From Eledone cirrhosa (taxonomy: Eukaryota): a DNA stretch of 64,000 nt. The position numbers were made by a program, and so were the translations under genes. Below the pieces are notes generated by a model. It saw nothing but the letters and a program-made list of their open reading frames with translations, did no database searches and was not told the origin of the DNA. Shown here one piece after another: positions 39,983 through 53,383 of this stretch. Numbering within the stretch: position 1 is the first letter of the stretch; every line of letters begins with the position of its first letter. Location of the stretch: positions 6,696,001 to 6,760,000 of the forward strand of contig OZ024760.1 in the NCBI GenBank assembly GCA_964016885.1, written 5' to 3'.

Positions 39983-40403
39983 TATATGTATATATATATA
40001 TAAATGTGTGTGTGTGTGTGTGTATGTATATACCACTTATGTATATATGTATATACCATTTATGTGTATATATATGTGTGTATGTGTGTGTGTGTGTATA
40101 TACATCATCATTATCATTTAACGTCTATTTTTCCATGGCTGGGTTAAACCAGTTGTACATGCTCATGCCATGTAAAACAGGATTAAAGTTGCAATGGAAT
40201 TGAATGCATGGATGGAATGTTGATTTTAGTTGTAGTGGAATACCTCCCTGTATTGATTAGGATCCATAACTTGGTGGATGTGGTGGAATCAGGATTGATT
40301 ATTGGTGATTGATACTGGATGATTGATCACACACAGAAATAACTACTTCGAATGACGGCAGATTTACCTCTCTATTGCTATTTTTGTACATTAAAACACA
40401 CAC

Positions 40404-42531
40404 ATCATCATCATCATCACCGTTTTACGTCCGTTCTTCCACGCTAGCATGGGTTAGACGGGTTGTCCTGTTGTGGGCAGTGTCTGGTCGGCTGACCATG
40501 CCTTGCTCATACAGGAACTGATCTGGCTTGATTTCTACAGCTGGATGCCCTTCCTAACACCAACCTCATTTACAGTGAGTGCTGGGTGCTTTTTCGTGGC
40601 GCCTACACGTCCACTTTACAGTGTGGGCTGGGTGCTTTTTTGCCGTGGCACCTCCACGACCACCTTGCGGTGGGGGGGGGGGGGGGCATATTGTTTATCT
40701 GCTTCAGCATGTACCCATGGGAGGTCGGGTACCCTGTATTACTGCGTGACGCCAGAAGTCACGGTCGTGTGTCATTGACTTTGAGAGGTGTAGTTGGGTA
40801 AGGTCGGCTTTTATCACCTCATCCCAAGTCATCTTGGGTCTCCCCACTCCACGGTTTCCATCAACTTCTAGTGCTCTGCACCTTTTTATGCAGCTGTCAT
40901 CCTTCATACGCATCACATGTCCATACCAGCGTAACCGCCTCTCCTGCACGCAGCATTTGATTCCTCTTATGCTCAGTCTCTCTCTCAATTCATTTATGCT
41001 TTGTCGTTCACGTATATTACTGTTACACATCCATCGGAGCATGCAGGCTTCGTTTCTCTCTAATCTACGTAAGTCTTCCACCTTCAGCGCCCAGGTCTCA
41101 CTACCATGCAACATCGCTGTTCGGATACACGCATCATACAGTCTGCCTTTCATTCTGAGGGAGAAGCCTTTTGCAGCTAGCAGTGGTAGTAGTTCCCTAA
41201 ACTTCTTCCATCCCGTTCTTACCCTAGTTATTGTACTTTCTGAGCACCCACCTCCGTTGCTAATTCGGTCACCTAGGTAGCAGAAGCTGTCTACTGTTTC
41301 TACAGGGCCCTCCCAGAGATTGGTGGTACTTGTTTCCTGTGGCTGTTTGCTTGCTGTTTCAGCACAGCTGCTGCATGTGAATCCTACATTCTTAATTAAG
41401 CTTCCTGAGATCCCGCTACATCTCTTGTGTACCCATTGTTTGCATTTGGGGCAAAGAATGGAGTTCCTACCTACACCTTTCCTACATACTGAGCAAGGCC
41501 ATTTCCCTGAGGGGATCTGGGTTCTGTTTTCTCGTCTACTTATAAGGACCTTAGTCTTTGTCATGTTGACTTTGAGGCCCTTTCTCTCTAGTCCCTGCTT
41601 CCAGGTTTGGAATTTATTCTCTAGTTCTACCATAGATTCAGCTATGAGTGCGAGGTCATCAGCATACAGGAGTTCCCATGGGCATCCGGTCTTAAACTCC
41701 TCCGTTATTGCCTGCAGGACTATGATGAACAGGAGAGGGCTAAGAACAGAGCCCTGGTGGACCCCAACCTGTACGCTAAATTCCTCGCTATACTCATTGC
41801 CAATCCTAACTTTGCTGACTGCTCCCCTATACATGGCTTGTACCGCTTTCACAAGCCATTCATCTACTCCTAGTTTTCTAAGAGCCCACCAGATTACTGC
41901 ACGTGGAACTCTGTCAAAGGCTTTCTCAAGGTCGACAAATGCCAGGTAGAGTGGCTTACTTTTAGCTAGGTACTTTTCCTGTAATTGCCTCACAAGGAAG
42001 AGCGCATCAGTGGTGCCTTTCCCTGGAACAAACCCAAATTGCATCTCGTCTATATTCACCCGGTCCCTAATCAGCTGTGCTATAACTCTTTCTGTTACTT
42101 TCATGACCTGGTCCATCAACTTTATACCTCTATAGTTTCCTCTATCTAGTGCATCGCCTTTACCTTTGTAGCAGTTGACAATGATGCTACTGCACCAATC
42201 TTTTGGTATGGCCCCCTCTAGTATTACCTGGTTAACGATACGTGTGGTTATAGTGTGACCTACAGACCCAGATGCCTTCAGCATCTCGGCAGCTATACCC
42301 GATGGACCGGTTGCCTTCCCTATCTTCATATCTCTGATTGCCTTACTTACTACGCTGCCGCTGACTTGTACTGCTGGTCCCTCTATAGGGTCTACGTGGG
42401 GTAGGGTCTCTTCTTCCCATGCATTCTCCTCATTTAGTAATCTATCATAATGACTCTTCCATGCATCTTTCTTCTCAGCACTTGTGAGGGCAAGCTCACC
42501 TTTATCATTCCGGATACACTTCTCTCCAATG
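40404..42531 (-). mobile_element. 5'-truncated RTE-clade LINE (family B) with uninterrupted RT ORF
   Basis: ORF 40704-42542 with full RT motifs and C4HC3 finger; about 290-bp 3' UTR; (tga)n tail. Confidence 0.95.
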
Positions 42532-42541
42532 CACACACACA

Positions 42542-42624
<83 letters not shown>

Positions 42625-43509
42625 ATGTTTATATATATATGTATATATTTTTGTGTGTGTATAGATACATATATATATGCTACCATGGAAAAATGGATGT
42701 TAAATGATGATGATGATGATGATATATGTATAATATATATAAAATGTATATATATATATATATACACATATATATATATGTGTGTATATATATATATATA
42801 CACACATACACACATACACACACATGATGAATGATGATACATATATATATATATATGTGTGTGTATATATATACACACATACACACACAAAAATATATAC
42901 ATATACACACATATATAAACATACACACACATATATATATAGTATTAACATATAAGGGAACAAAGAATCAGTGTTGCATCTAGGAGAAGGAAAACTCTGA
43001 TATAACACCTGCAACCCTGATGGTATCCAATGATGTTGACTTGTTCTTCCTTTTGGTAAATATCATCTTGGTTAAGAGAGTGGGACTGGCTTTGTGCAGT
43101 GCCTTTGCTCACTATAAAAGCTTCACGGCACAGGCATTGCTTTATATCTGGAGATCTCTCTGCACTTGTCGTCACATGGTACCATGGGCCCAGCACTATG
43201 TGTCAATAATTGTCACAAGTGTAGTGTTTGTACCAGAGTTTTCAAGTCGCTGGCTGGACTAAAAAGTCACACTCGTTCAGCGCATCGGTAGGGGTTCTCC
43301 TACATGGATATAAAGTAGTGGCCGTACTCGAAAACGAGTTGGCAGCCAACCATGTATATATGTATATTACCACAGCAGGATTACGACCTTTTGATTCCAG
43401 AGTTGGGCCAGATCTATACAGATCGAAGTTTGAACTGATCAATAGTGAAACGCATGTCACCAATCAATAAACGTAATGAAGACATAACAAATCGTCCTTG
43501 TATTATTAT

Positions 43510-43553
<44 letters not shown>

Positions 43554-43867
43554 TAGTGTGTAATTCTGTGTTTATGTACCGTAACTTAGCAGTTCATTAT
43601 AAAGAGATCGATAAAATAAATACCGAACTTGAACAAATAAATGGTTGGGTTGATATGACGCTGCTCCAGCATGGCCGCAGCATGGCTACTGACTGAAACA
43701 AGTAAAAGAAACATAAACTAATAAAATATTTACAGGTAGACACTAGCTCCGACACTCCACCGATTCTGCCAATTCACCACCTATTGGAATATCGTCAGAA
43801 GTGAAATTGATTTTTTTGCAATAATATCAATTTGTCTGGAAATTACAGTAAAACCTTTTATTCATTT

Positions 43868-43984
43868 CATCATCATCACCATCACCATCATCACCATCAC
43901 CATCATCATCATCACCATCGCTGCCATCATCACCATCATCATCATCATCACCATCACTATCATCATCACTATGATCATCATCAC

Positions 43985-44016
<32 letters not shown>

Positions 44017-44290
44017 CCATCATCACTATCATCATTATCATCATCACCATCATCACCATCATCATCATCACCATCATCACCATCACCATCATCATCATCA
44101 CCATCGCTGCCATCATCACCATCACCACCATCATCATCATCATCATCATCACCATCACTATCATCATCACTATGATCATCATCACCATCATCACTATCAT
44201 CATTATCATCATCACCATCATCATCATCGCCACCACCATCATCACCATCATCATCACCATCATCATCACTATCATCACCACCATCATCAC

Positions 44291-44328
<38 letters not shown>

Positions 44329-44660
44329 CCATCATCACTATCATCATTATCATCATCACCATCATCATCGCCACCACCATCATCACCATCATCATCACCA
44401 TCATCATCACCATCATCACCACCATCATCACCATCATCATCATCATCACCATCATCACTATCATCATCATCATCATCATCACCATCATCACTATCACCAC
44501 TATCATCATCATCACCATCATCACCAGCATCACCATCATCACCATCATCATCATCATCATCATCACCATCATCACCATCATCATCACCATCATCACCATC
44601 ATCATCATCATCATCATCACCATCACCATCACCACCATCACCACCATCACCATCACCATT
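43868..44660. repeat. (CAT/CAC)n trinucleotide field
   Basis: Direct inspection. Confidence 0.97.
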
Positions 44661-44738
44661 CTCATCGTCGTTTAATGTCTGTTTACTCTGCTAGTAAAGG
44701 TCTAGACATCATCACCGCCACCATGATCGAGATCTTGT

Positions 44739-44769
<31 letters not shown>

Positions 44770-44947
44770 GGTGGTGGTGGTGGTGGTGATCATTATCATT
44801 TTAAGTTGGTTTTCTCTGTTAGCAAAGATTGGACATCATCATCATCATCATCATCGTTTAACATCCGCTTTTCTCTGCTCGTATAGGTTGAATAGTTTTG
44901 TGTATATATACACACACATATATATATACACACACACACATATATAT

Positions 44948-45032
<85 letters not shown>

Positions 45033-45086
45033 ATTATAATAAAATAATAGGAGGCTGGACTGGTGTAAATCCTTGAAAGGTTTATT

Positions 45087-45144
45087 AAACTCTGATCATT
45101 TCAATGACCGGGTTCCGTATGAATCCGGTGACATCATCAGGTAT
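45087..45144 (-). ncRNA. Degenerate minimal hammerhead (paralogue of 54131-54188)
   Basis: atac-CTGATGA-stem II-GAAA-tgatca-GA-gttt; U16.1 mutated. Confidence 0.55.
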
Positions 45145-45308
45145 TCAAAACATAACAAAGGAATATAACAGATAAAATCCACGGGGCTGAAAATCATAGA
45201 CAAGAGGACAACTGACCATCTAGCATCCTCTACCTCAGTCGGTCGCCCTCCTCTATATATATATATATATATATATATAGTTATGTAATAAACAACATAA
45301 GGCAATTA

Positions 45309-45369
45309 TTTCATTTACCAGTGGTTTCTTAAAGGCAAAAAAATGTTGCTTTCAATCATCAGAATGAAA
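45309..45369 (-). ncRNA. Type I hammerhead ribozyme, left arm of fold-back
   Basis: tttcatt-CTGATGA-ttgaaagcaa..ttgcctttaa-GAAA-ccactgg-TA-aatgaaa. Confidence 0.75.
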
Positions 45370-45394
45370 AAATCCTAGTCTTTTTTCAGGATTT

Positions 45395-45455
45395 TTTCAT
45401 TCTGATGATTGAAAGCAACATTATTTTGCTTTTAAGAAACCACTGGTAAATGGAA
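45395..45455 (+). ncRNA. Type I hammerhead ribozyme, right arm of fold-back
   Basis: ttcatt-CTGATGA-ttgaaagcaa cattatt ttgcttttaa-GAAA-ccactgg-TA-aatgga; GUA triplet. Confidence 0.78.
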
Positions 45456-45551
45456 TAATTGCCTTATGTTGTTTATTACATAACTATTAAGCTCTGTTAC
45501 CTACATAGAGCACTCTTTTTTCCTGGACTTTTCCGACGGAATTACTTCATT

Positions 45552-45856
<305 letters not shown>

Positions 45857-45922
45857 ATTAATAATGAAAAATTACCTCCTGGTTCAATCTGTATCGATCA
45901 TGCTCGACTCTGGAATTAAAAG

Positions 45923-46750
45923 CTCATCAGACTTCTGTTGTGGTAATTACCACATTTGCTCGTCAGACTTCTGTTGTGGTAATTACCACATTTGCTCGTC
46001 AGACTTCTGTTGTGGTAATTACCACATTTGCTCGTCAGACTTCTGTTGTGGTAATTACCACATTTGCTCGTCAGACTTCTGTTGTGGTAATTACCACATT
46101 TGCTCGTCAGACTTCTGTTGTGGTAATTACCACATTTGCTCGTCAGACTTCTGTTGTGGTAATTACCACATTTGCTCGTCAGACTTCTGTTGTGGTAATT
46201 ACCACATTTGCTCGTCAGACTTCTGTTGTGGTAATTACCACATTTGCTCGTCAGACTTCTGTTGTGGTAATTACCACATTTGCTCGTCAGACTTCTGTTG
46301 TGGTAATTACCACATTTGCTCGTCAGACTTCTGTTGTGGTAATTACCACATTTGCTCGTCAGACTTCTGTTGTGGTAATTACCACATTTGCTCGTCAGAC
46401 TTCTGTTGTGGTAATTACCACATTTGCTCGTCAGACTTCTGTTGTGGTAATTACCACATTTGCTCGTCAGACTTCTGTTGTGGTAATTACCACATTTGCT
46501 CGTCAGACTTCTGTTGTGGTAATTACCACATTTGCTCGTCAGACTTCTGTTGTGGTAATTACCACATTTGCTCGTCAGACTTCTGTTGTGGTAATTACCA
46601 CATTTGCTCGTCAGACTTCTGTTGTGGTAATTACCACATTTGCTCGTCAGACTTCTGTTGTGGTAATTACCACATTTGCTCGTCAGACTTCTGTTGTGGT
46701 AATTACCACATTTGCTCGTCAGACTTCTGTTGTGGTAATTACCACATTTG
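45923..46750. repeat. 36-bp homogeneous tandem array (23 copies), hammerhead-derived
   Basis: ctcgtcagacttctgttgtggtaattaccacatttg x23; 828 bp. Confidence 0.95.
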
Positions 46751-46804
46751 CGAAACACACGTCACACCTCAATAAATCTAATGAAGATCTAACACTTTGT
46801 CCTT

Positions 46805-46975
46805 CAGTAGAGGGTCGGAAGCCATGCTTTCCAGCAGAGTTACGTCCTTTTATGGTCTGAGTTCAAATCCTGCTGAGGTTAACTTTGCCTTTCATCCTTA
46901 CGGGGTCGATAAAATAAAGTACCAGTAATGCACTGGGTTATTGCTGGCCTTGTGCCAAAAGTAGAAACAATTGTT
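46805..46975 (+). mobile_element. Meta-like tRNA-SINE, 5'-truncated
   Basis: gttcaaatcc...gtagaaacaatt. Confidence 0.8.
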
Positions 46976-47112
46976 ATTAGTATTACACTCTGCTTAGTAC
47001 AACACCAATATACCGACTGGAAACTACGCATCAAGTACTCACTCTTGTGAACCTACAGTAGCTGGACATTACGATCACTAAATATATATCTATTGTTATA
47101 TTTGGAGAGGGT

Positions 47113-47461
47113 CATCATCATCATCATCATCATCATCATTTTACGTCCGCTTTTCCCTGCTTGCAAGGGTGGGACGGGAACTGATGCTGGCTTGATTTCT
47201 ACAGCTGGATGCCCTTCCTAACACCAACCTCTTTTACAGTGAGTGCTGGGTGCTTTTTTGCCGTGGCGCCTACACGTCCACTTTACAGTGGAATGATAGG
47301 GACCCCAGCCCCTATCATCTCATTTCTACAGCGGAGTAAACTGGAGCAATGTGAAATAAAGTGTCTTGCTCAAGGAAACAACACATCACCCGGTCTGAGA
47401 ATTGAAATCACAACCTTTCGATTGCAAGGCCAATGCTCTAACCACTAAGCCATGTGCCTCC
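47113..47461 (-). mobile_element. Full-length tRNA/CORE-like SINE with RTE-A tail
   Basis: Matches 12077-12427. Confidence 0.9.
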
Positions 47462-47904
47462 ATGTTGTCCTAATAATGCCAGAAAAAATAGTAAAACTGT
47501 TTGGTTTGGTTTTCACTAAACAGTATCTGTTTCAATACATGATTTCATATCAAAAATCTTGCAGAACAAATACATCACCACTATATATATATATAGAGGT
47601 CACAACAAAAAGCACCCAGTCTACACTGTAAAGTGGTTGTGTAGGTGATACAACAAAAAGCACCCAGTACTCACTATAAATGAGGTTGGTATTAGGAAGG
47701 GCATCAAGCTGTAGAAACCAAGCTGGAATCAGTTCTGTATGAGCAAAATATGTTCACCTTACCTAGCATTGCCCACAACAGGACAACTCATCTAACCCAT
47801 GCTAGTGTGGAAAAATGGACATAAAACAGTGGTGATGATGATGATTAAATTGATTTTTTTTTTCTTTCTTTTAATTTGTTTTATTTTTACTTCTCTTGTT
47901 CCAG

Positions 47905-48055
47905 ATCAATGCTACCCCTGTCGATAATCTTTCAATAACTGATGCTAAACGATTAATAGAAAAAACAAAAGACAAACTCCATTTATTGATTACCAAGAAG
48001 AAGACAGATGGCGGCAGACACAAGAGACAGAATAGTCAACCAAAGGATGAAATTG
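47905..48055 (+). CDS. TJP1: ZO-1/TJP1-like exon (PDZ2 C-terminal half)
   Basis: tccag|ATC...ATTG|gtaaa; INATPVDNLSITDAKRLIEKTKDKLHLLITKKK...; phase 0 to 1. Confidence 0.95.
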
Positions 48056-48339
48056 GTAAAGTTTTCTTCACTTTATTTTATATTTTATTCTGTGTGTTTT
48101 GTTATCGTGAAGGGATGTAGCTTAGTGGGTTGACCATTTAGTTCAGGATTGTAAGGTCAAGAGTTTGATTACCAGTGGCACATTGTGTCCTTGAGCAAGA
48201 CACTTTATTTCACATTACTCCCATCCACTCACCTGGAAACACTGAGTTATACCTGTAATTTAAAGACACTTTATTTCACATTAGTCCAATCCACTCTTCT
48301 TCTCCTCCTCCTCCTCCTCTTCTTCTTCTTCTTCTTCTC

Positions 48340-49347
48340 CTCCACGTCTTCTTCTTCTTAAGAGGGTCGTGGGGGAAGAGTCCTGTCAGAAGCAGCCATC
48401 TACAGCTGATCCAGCTGGGTCCCCAAGCAAGATCAGCCAAGCTCATGGATGTTATTCAACCATCTTACTCGAGTTCTACTCCTGGGTCTCCTGCCAGTTG
48501 GTTTTGCCCATAAAATCAGTCTAACAATTCTTTCCTGAGACATTCTAACCACATGCCCATAGTATCTGAGCTGTGATCTCTCAATTCAGAGAAGTAGCGG
48601 CTCAATTTGGAGTGACACTCTGATCTCCGAGTTACAAATCTGTCCAGCAATTCTTTCTTGAGACATTCTAACCACATATCCATAGTATCTGAGCTGTGAT
48701 CTCTCAATTCAGAGAAGTAGCAGCTCAATTTGGAGTGACTCTCTGATCTCCGAGTTACAAATCTGTCCATCGATTCTTTCCTGGGACATTCTAACCACAT
48801 GTCCATAGTATCTGAGCTGTGATCTCTCAATTCAGAGATGTAGCGGCTCAATTTGGAGTGACACTCTGATCTCCGAGTTACAAATCTGTCCAGCAATTCT
48901 TTCTTGAGACATTCTAACCACATGTCCATAGTATCTGAGCTGTGATCTCTCAATTCAGAGAAGTAGCGGCTCAATTTGGAGTGACTCTCTGATCTCTGAG
49001 TTACAAATCTGTCCATCGATTCTTTCTTGAGACATTCTAACCACATGTCCATAGTATCTGAGCTGTGATCTCTCAATTCAGAGAAGTAGCGGCTCAATTT
49101 GGAGTGACACTCTGATCTCCGAGTTACAAATCTGTCCAGCGATTCTTTCTTGAGACATTCTAACCACATGTCCATAGTATCTGAGTTCTGATCTCCGAGT
49201 TACAAATCTGTCCAGCGATTCTTTCTTGAGACATTCTAACCACATGCCCATAGTATCTGAGTTCTGATCTCCGAGTTACAAATCTGTCCAGCGATTCTTT
49301 CTTGAGACATTCTAACCACATGTCCATAGTATCTGAGCTGTGATCTC
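48340..49347 (-). repeat. Degenerate RTE-like 3' fragment with 123-bp tandem expansion of its coding sequence
   Basis: LRYYGHVVRMSQER in repeat unit; GRRPRSRTRVRWLNNI downstream; (gaa)n tail. Confidence 0.75.
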
Positions 49348-49367
49348 TTTTTCTCTTTTTCAATTAG

Positions 49368-49655
49368 ATTACTCATCTCGATACGGGATCTTAAAGAGAT
49401 CAATAGACAAAGAAGATATCAATATATACCGACCTCATCAGAGTAGGGTATTAAGTGAAGATGAGACAAATTCACTTGGACCCGGTCTACATCGTATGCA
49501 CCATTCTCATGGTGACATTCTACCCCCTGGACCTGGCCCAATTACTGCGAGCCGCGATCACCCTAATGCATCGTCCCGGTATGAAAGTCGGTACATGTAC
49601 AATCAAGAACCACCCCCACCACCACGGCCACCTTTACCCCTAGAACTGGATTCAG
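49368..49655 (+). CDS. TJP1: ZO-1/TJP1-like exon (PDZ2-PDZ3 linker, Pro-rich)
   Basis: attag|AT...TCAG|gtaaa; open 288 nt, (D)YSSRYG...EPPPPPRPPLPLELDS; phase 1 to 1. Confidence 0.85.
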
Positions 49656-50135
49656 GTAAAAACATTTTTTTTTATATCTTCTGACATTAAACAAAAGATT
49701 TTTTTAAATATTAAATCAGGGATTTTTGACAATAAAAACAGGAATTTTGGGGAGTAAAACCAAAGATTTTTTTAATATTAAATCAAAATTTTTTTTACAC
49801 TAAACCAAGGATTTTTGACACTAAAATGAGAGATTTTAAAAATTAAATGAGGTGGGTTTTTTTACACTAAACTAAGAAGTTTTGCTCGAAAGCAGCGATT
49901 TTTTTTTTACTCTAAACTAAATATTTTTTACACTAAACCCTGGATTTTTTATATTAAACCAAAATTTTCTTTACACTAATCTGGGCACTTTTTACTCTAA
50001 ACGAAGGGGTTTTCTGAAACTAAATTGGGGTTTTTCTAACACAACACAAAACCAGGGGTTTTTTTTACACAAAATCAAGGGTTTTCTGACACTAAATCAG
50101 GGGGTAACAAAAAAGTTAATTCTCTTCTATTTTAG

Positions 50136-50424
50136 ATATGGTCCCAACAAGTAAAGACTTCTTACATCCAGATGACTTCTATGCCTCACAAGTGAAACAC
50201 AACAACTACTACAGTGACATTGAGAATCGGGGTCACTTGCACGAGAACCCCTATGAATCAAGAGAGGAGCGGTATGGCACGGTGCCTCGGCAACGACACT
50301 CGGACCAGCTCCTCGAGTCACACTATGAGAGAAGTCCACAAGCCCATAAACAGCCTTATAGCAGCAAGGAACAGGAGAACGATATACAAGCCCCTGTTAG
50401 TTTCACCAGGTCACAACCATCGGA
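50136..50424 (+). CDS. TJP1: ZO-1/TJP1-like exon (PDZ2-PDZ3 linker)
   Basis: tttag|AT...TCGGA|gtaagt; (D)MVPTSKDFLHPDDFYAS...TRSQPS(E); phase 1 to 2. Confidence 0.85.
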
Positions 50425-50556
50425 GTAAGTGTTCAGCTCCTTACCCTTCTTTTTTCCTTTATCTCTCCCTCTCTCTTTTTCTATTTATCTGTCTGTCTCT
50501 ATTATCATCTCTCCCACTTCTCTCTCTCTCTCCCACCTCTCTTTCTCTCTCTCTCT

Positions 50557-50601
<45 letters not shown>

Positions 50602-50708
50602 CACACTGTCTCTCACACCCCTCTCTCTCACTCTCTCTCTCTGTCACTCTCTCTCTGTCTCTCTGTCTCTCTCTCTCTCTCTCTCACACACCTCTCTCTC
50701 TCACTCAC

Positions 50709-50739
<31 letters not shown>

Positions 50740-50849
50740 TCTCCTCTCTCTCTCTCTCATACACTCTCTCTCACTCACTCTCTCTCTCTCACTCACCTCT
50801 CTCTCTCTCTCTCTCTCTCTCATACACACTGTCTCTCTCACACACACAC

Positions 50850-50992
<143 letters not shown>

Positions 50993-51118
50993 TCTCTCTC
51001 TCTCTCTCTCACAACTCCTCTTGTGTCTAATGTTTATTTTATAAATGTAAGGAGAAGGTGGAGGTGGACTGTAATGCAGACTGCCGTTGCTTCATTCATC
51101 TTCTATTCTGTGTTGCAG

Positions 51119-51148
51119 GTCCTACACAGGAAAGAAGCGAAGTAGCAG
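51119..51148 (+). CDS. TJP1: 30-nt candidate microexon of ZO-1/TJP1-like gene
   Basis: Pyrimidine tract + ttgcag|G TCC TAC ACA GGA AAG AAG CGA AGT AGC AG|gtgagt; (E)SYTGKKRSS(R); phase 2 to 2 fits both neighbours. Confidence 0.7.
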
Positions 51149-51674
51149 GTGAGTTGAAGTGTAACGCCAGGCTGTTGATTACTGACTGGTTACTATGGCA
51201 ACTGATTAAAGGGAAAATGTCTTTGTCATCTTCATCACCATCATCATCATCATCATCAGCGACATCACCACCATAATCATCATCACCATCATCAGTAACA
51301 TCATCATGTCTGTAGTATTTTAGTGCGTGTGTGTGTGTGTGTATCTATAGTATATGTGTGTGTGTGTGTGTGTGTGTGTATCTATAGTATATCTGTGTGT
51401 GTGTGTGTATCTATAGTATACCTGTGTGTGTGTGTATCTATAGTATATCTCTGTGTGTGTGTGTATCTATAGTATATCTGTGTGTGTGTGTATCTATAGT
51501 ATATGTGTGTGTGTGTGTGTATCTATAGTATATCTGTGTGTGTGTATGTGTATCTATAGTATATGTGTGTGTGTGTATCTATAGTATACCTGTGTGTGTG
51601 TGTATCTATAGTATATGTGTGTGTGTACCGATCCGTCTAACCCATGCTAGCGTGAAAGAACGGACGTAAAACGG

Positions 51675-51706
<32 letters not shown>

Positions 51707-52162
51707 TGTGTATCTATAGTATATCTCTGTGTGTGTGTATCTATAGTATATGTGTGTGTGTGTGTGTATCTATAGTATATGTGTGTGTGTGTGTATCTAT
51801 AGTATATGTGTGTGTGTGTGTATCTATAGTATATCTGTGTGTGTGTGTGTATCTATAGTATATCTGTGTGTGTGTGTGTGTATCTATAGTATATCTGTGT
51901 GTGTGTATCTATAGTATATCTGTGTGTGTGTGTGTGTGTGTGTGTATCTATAGTATATCTGTGTGTGTGTATCTATAGTATATATGTGTATGTGTGTATC
52001 TATCTATATATATATGTATGTGTCTATAGTATCTATATATATATATATATGTCTATACAATGTATTAGTGTATCTATAGTATATATCTATATATATATAT
52101 ATATGCGTAAAAATATATATATATATATATATGTCTATACAATGTATCAGTGTGTATCTATA

Positions 52163-52233
<71 letters not shown>

Positions 52234-52237
52234 TATA

Positions 52238-52535
52238 TCATCATCATCATCATCATCATCATCACCGTTTTACGTCCGTTCTCCCACGCTAGCATGGGTT
52301 AGACAGGTTGTCCTGTTGTGGGCAGTGTCTGGTCGGCTGACCTTGCCTTGCTCATACAGGAACTGATTTGGCTTGATTTCTACAGCTGGATGCCCTTCCT
52401 AACACCAACCTCATTTACAGTGAGTGCTGGGTGCTTTTTCGTGGCGCCTACACGTCCACTTTACAGTGTGGGCTGGGTGCTTTTTTGCCGTGGCACCTCC
52501 ACGACCACCTTGCGGTGGGGGGTGTGGGGGCATAT
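52238..52535 (-). mobile_element. Solo RTE-B 3' UTR
   Basis: Near-identical to 40405-40695. Confidence 0.9.
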
Positions 52536-52595
52536 GTCTATATATATATATATACGATATTAAACAAATGGAAACTATATTTATAAAACCATATT

Positions 52596-52662
52596 TATTT
52601 CATTATACATATTTCAGGGATACCATATTAAAAAATATGGCATGACTTCGTCAGATAAAATA
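52596..52662 (-). ncRNA. Minimal type I hammerhead ribozyme
   Basis: tattttat-CTGACGA-stem II-GAAA-tatgta-TA-atgaaata. Confidence 0.72.
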
Positions 52663-53191
52663 CAATATATAAACAGTTTTATAAATAATTTTGACGTACC
52701 ATAATATAAGCGACCATTATATTAGGAAGCTGTCTGGATAGTGAATTTGTTTATAATTATTTAGTTATAGCACAGTTAGAAAAAAGACGGAGAGAAAGAA
52801 GAAACGGAGGCAAAGAAGAAACAGACTGTGCTTAACACTATAAACTAAATAATTATTATCCTTCTCTCTATATATAGTACTCCCTCTCTCTTGTGTTTAT
52901 TTATCTATTGCTCTCTTATTCCTATCTATTTATATATTTTTTTCTCTCTCTCCTTTCCCTTCTCTCCGCTATATCTTTCTGTTTCTTCTTTGCCTCCCTT
53001 TCTTCTTTCTCTCCGTCTTTTTTCTAACTGTGCTTAACACTATGACTAAATAATTATAAACAAATTCACTATCCAGACAGCTTCCTAATATAATTTTTTC
53101 TACTTTTGGCACAAGGCCAGCAATTATTCCAGTGTATTACTGGTATATATTATGGTACGTCAAAATTATTTATAAGACTGTTTATATATTG

Positions 53192-53258
53192 TATTTTATC
53201 TGACGAAGGCATGCCATATTTTTTAATATGGTATCCCTGAAATATGTATAATGAAATA
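53192..53258 (+). ncRNA. Minimal type I hammerhead ribozyme
   Basis: tattttat-CTGACGA-aggcatgccatatt..aatatggtatccct-GAAA-tatgta-TA-atgaaata. Confidence 0.78.
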
Positions 53259-53383
53259 AATATGGTTTTATAAATATAGTTTCCATTTGTTTAATATTGT
53301 ATATCTACTCCAAAAACTTGTCGAGTGCTTTATATCAGTTATAAATTATTTACTTGTAACACAACAATTTTAAATAAAACCTT

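Noticed and set aside
43425-43475. gaaacgcatgtc...aataaa (and minus-strand gaaacgattgta...aataaa near 17268-17295) as hammerheads
   Set aside because: Only the 3' half is recognisable, with no properly placed CUGANGA or stem I; may be decayed remnants.
42940-43500. Possible exon or Penelope ORF fragment
   Set aside because: Short ORFs with no motif I can recognise; ZO-1 PDZ2 is complete without it.
45923-46750. CRISPR array (36-bp palindromic repeat)
   Set aside because: Repeats are contiguous with no spacers, no cas genes, eukaryotic intron context.
45864-46775. Cys-rich 303-aa repeat protein (SSDFCCGNYHIC)n
   Set aside because: No synonymous variation and open in several frames; artefact of the 36-bp array.
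48516-49175. 219-aa repeat ORF as a real gene
   Set aside because: Alternative frame of a tandemly expanded LINE fragment.
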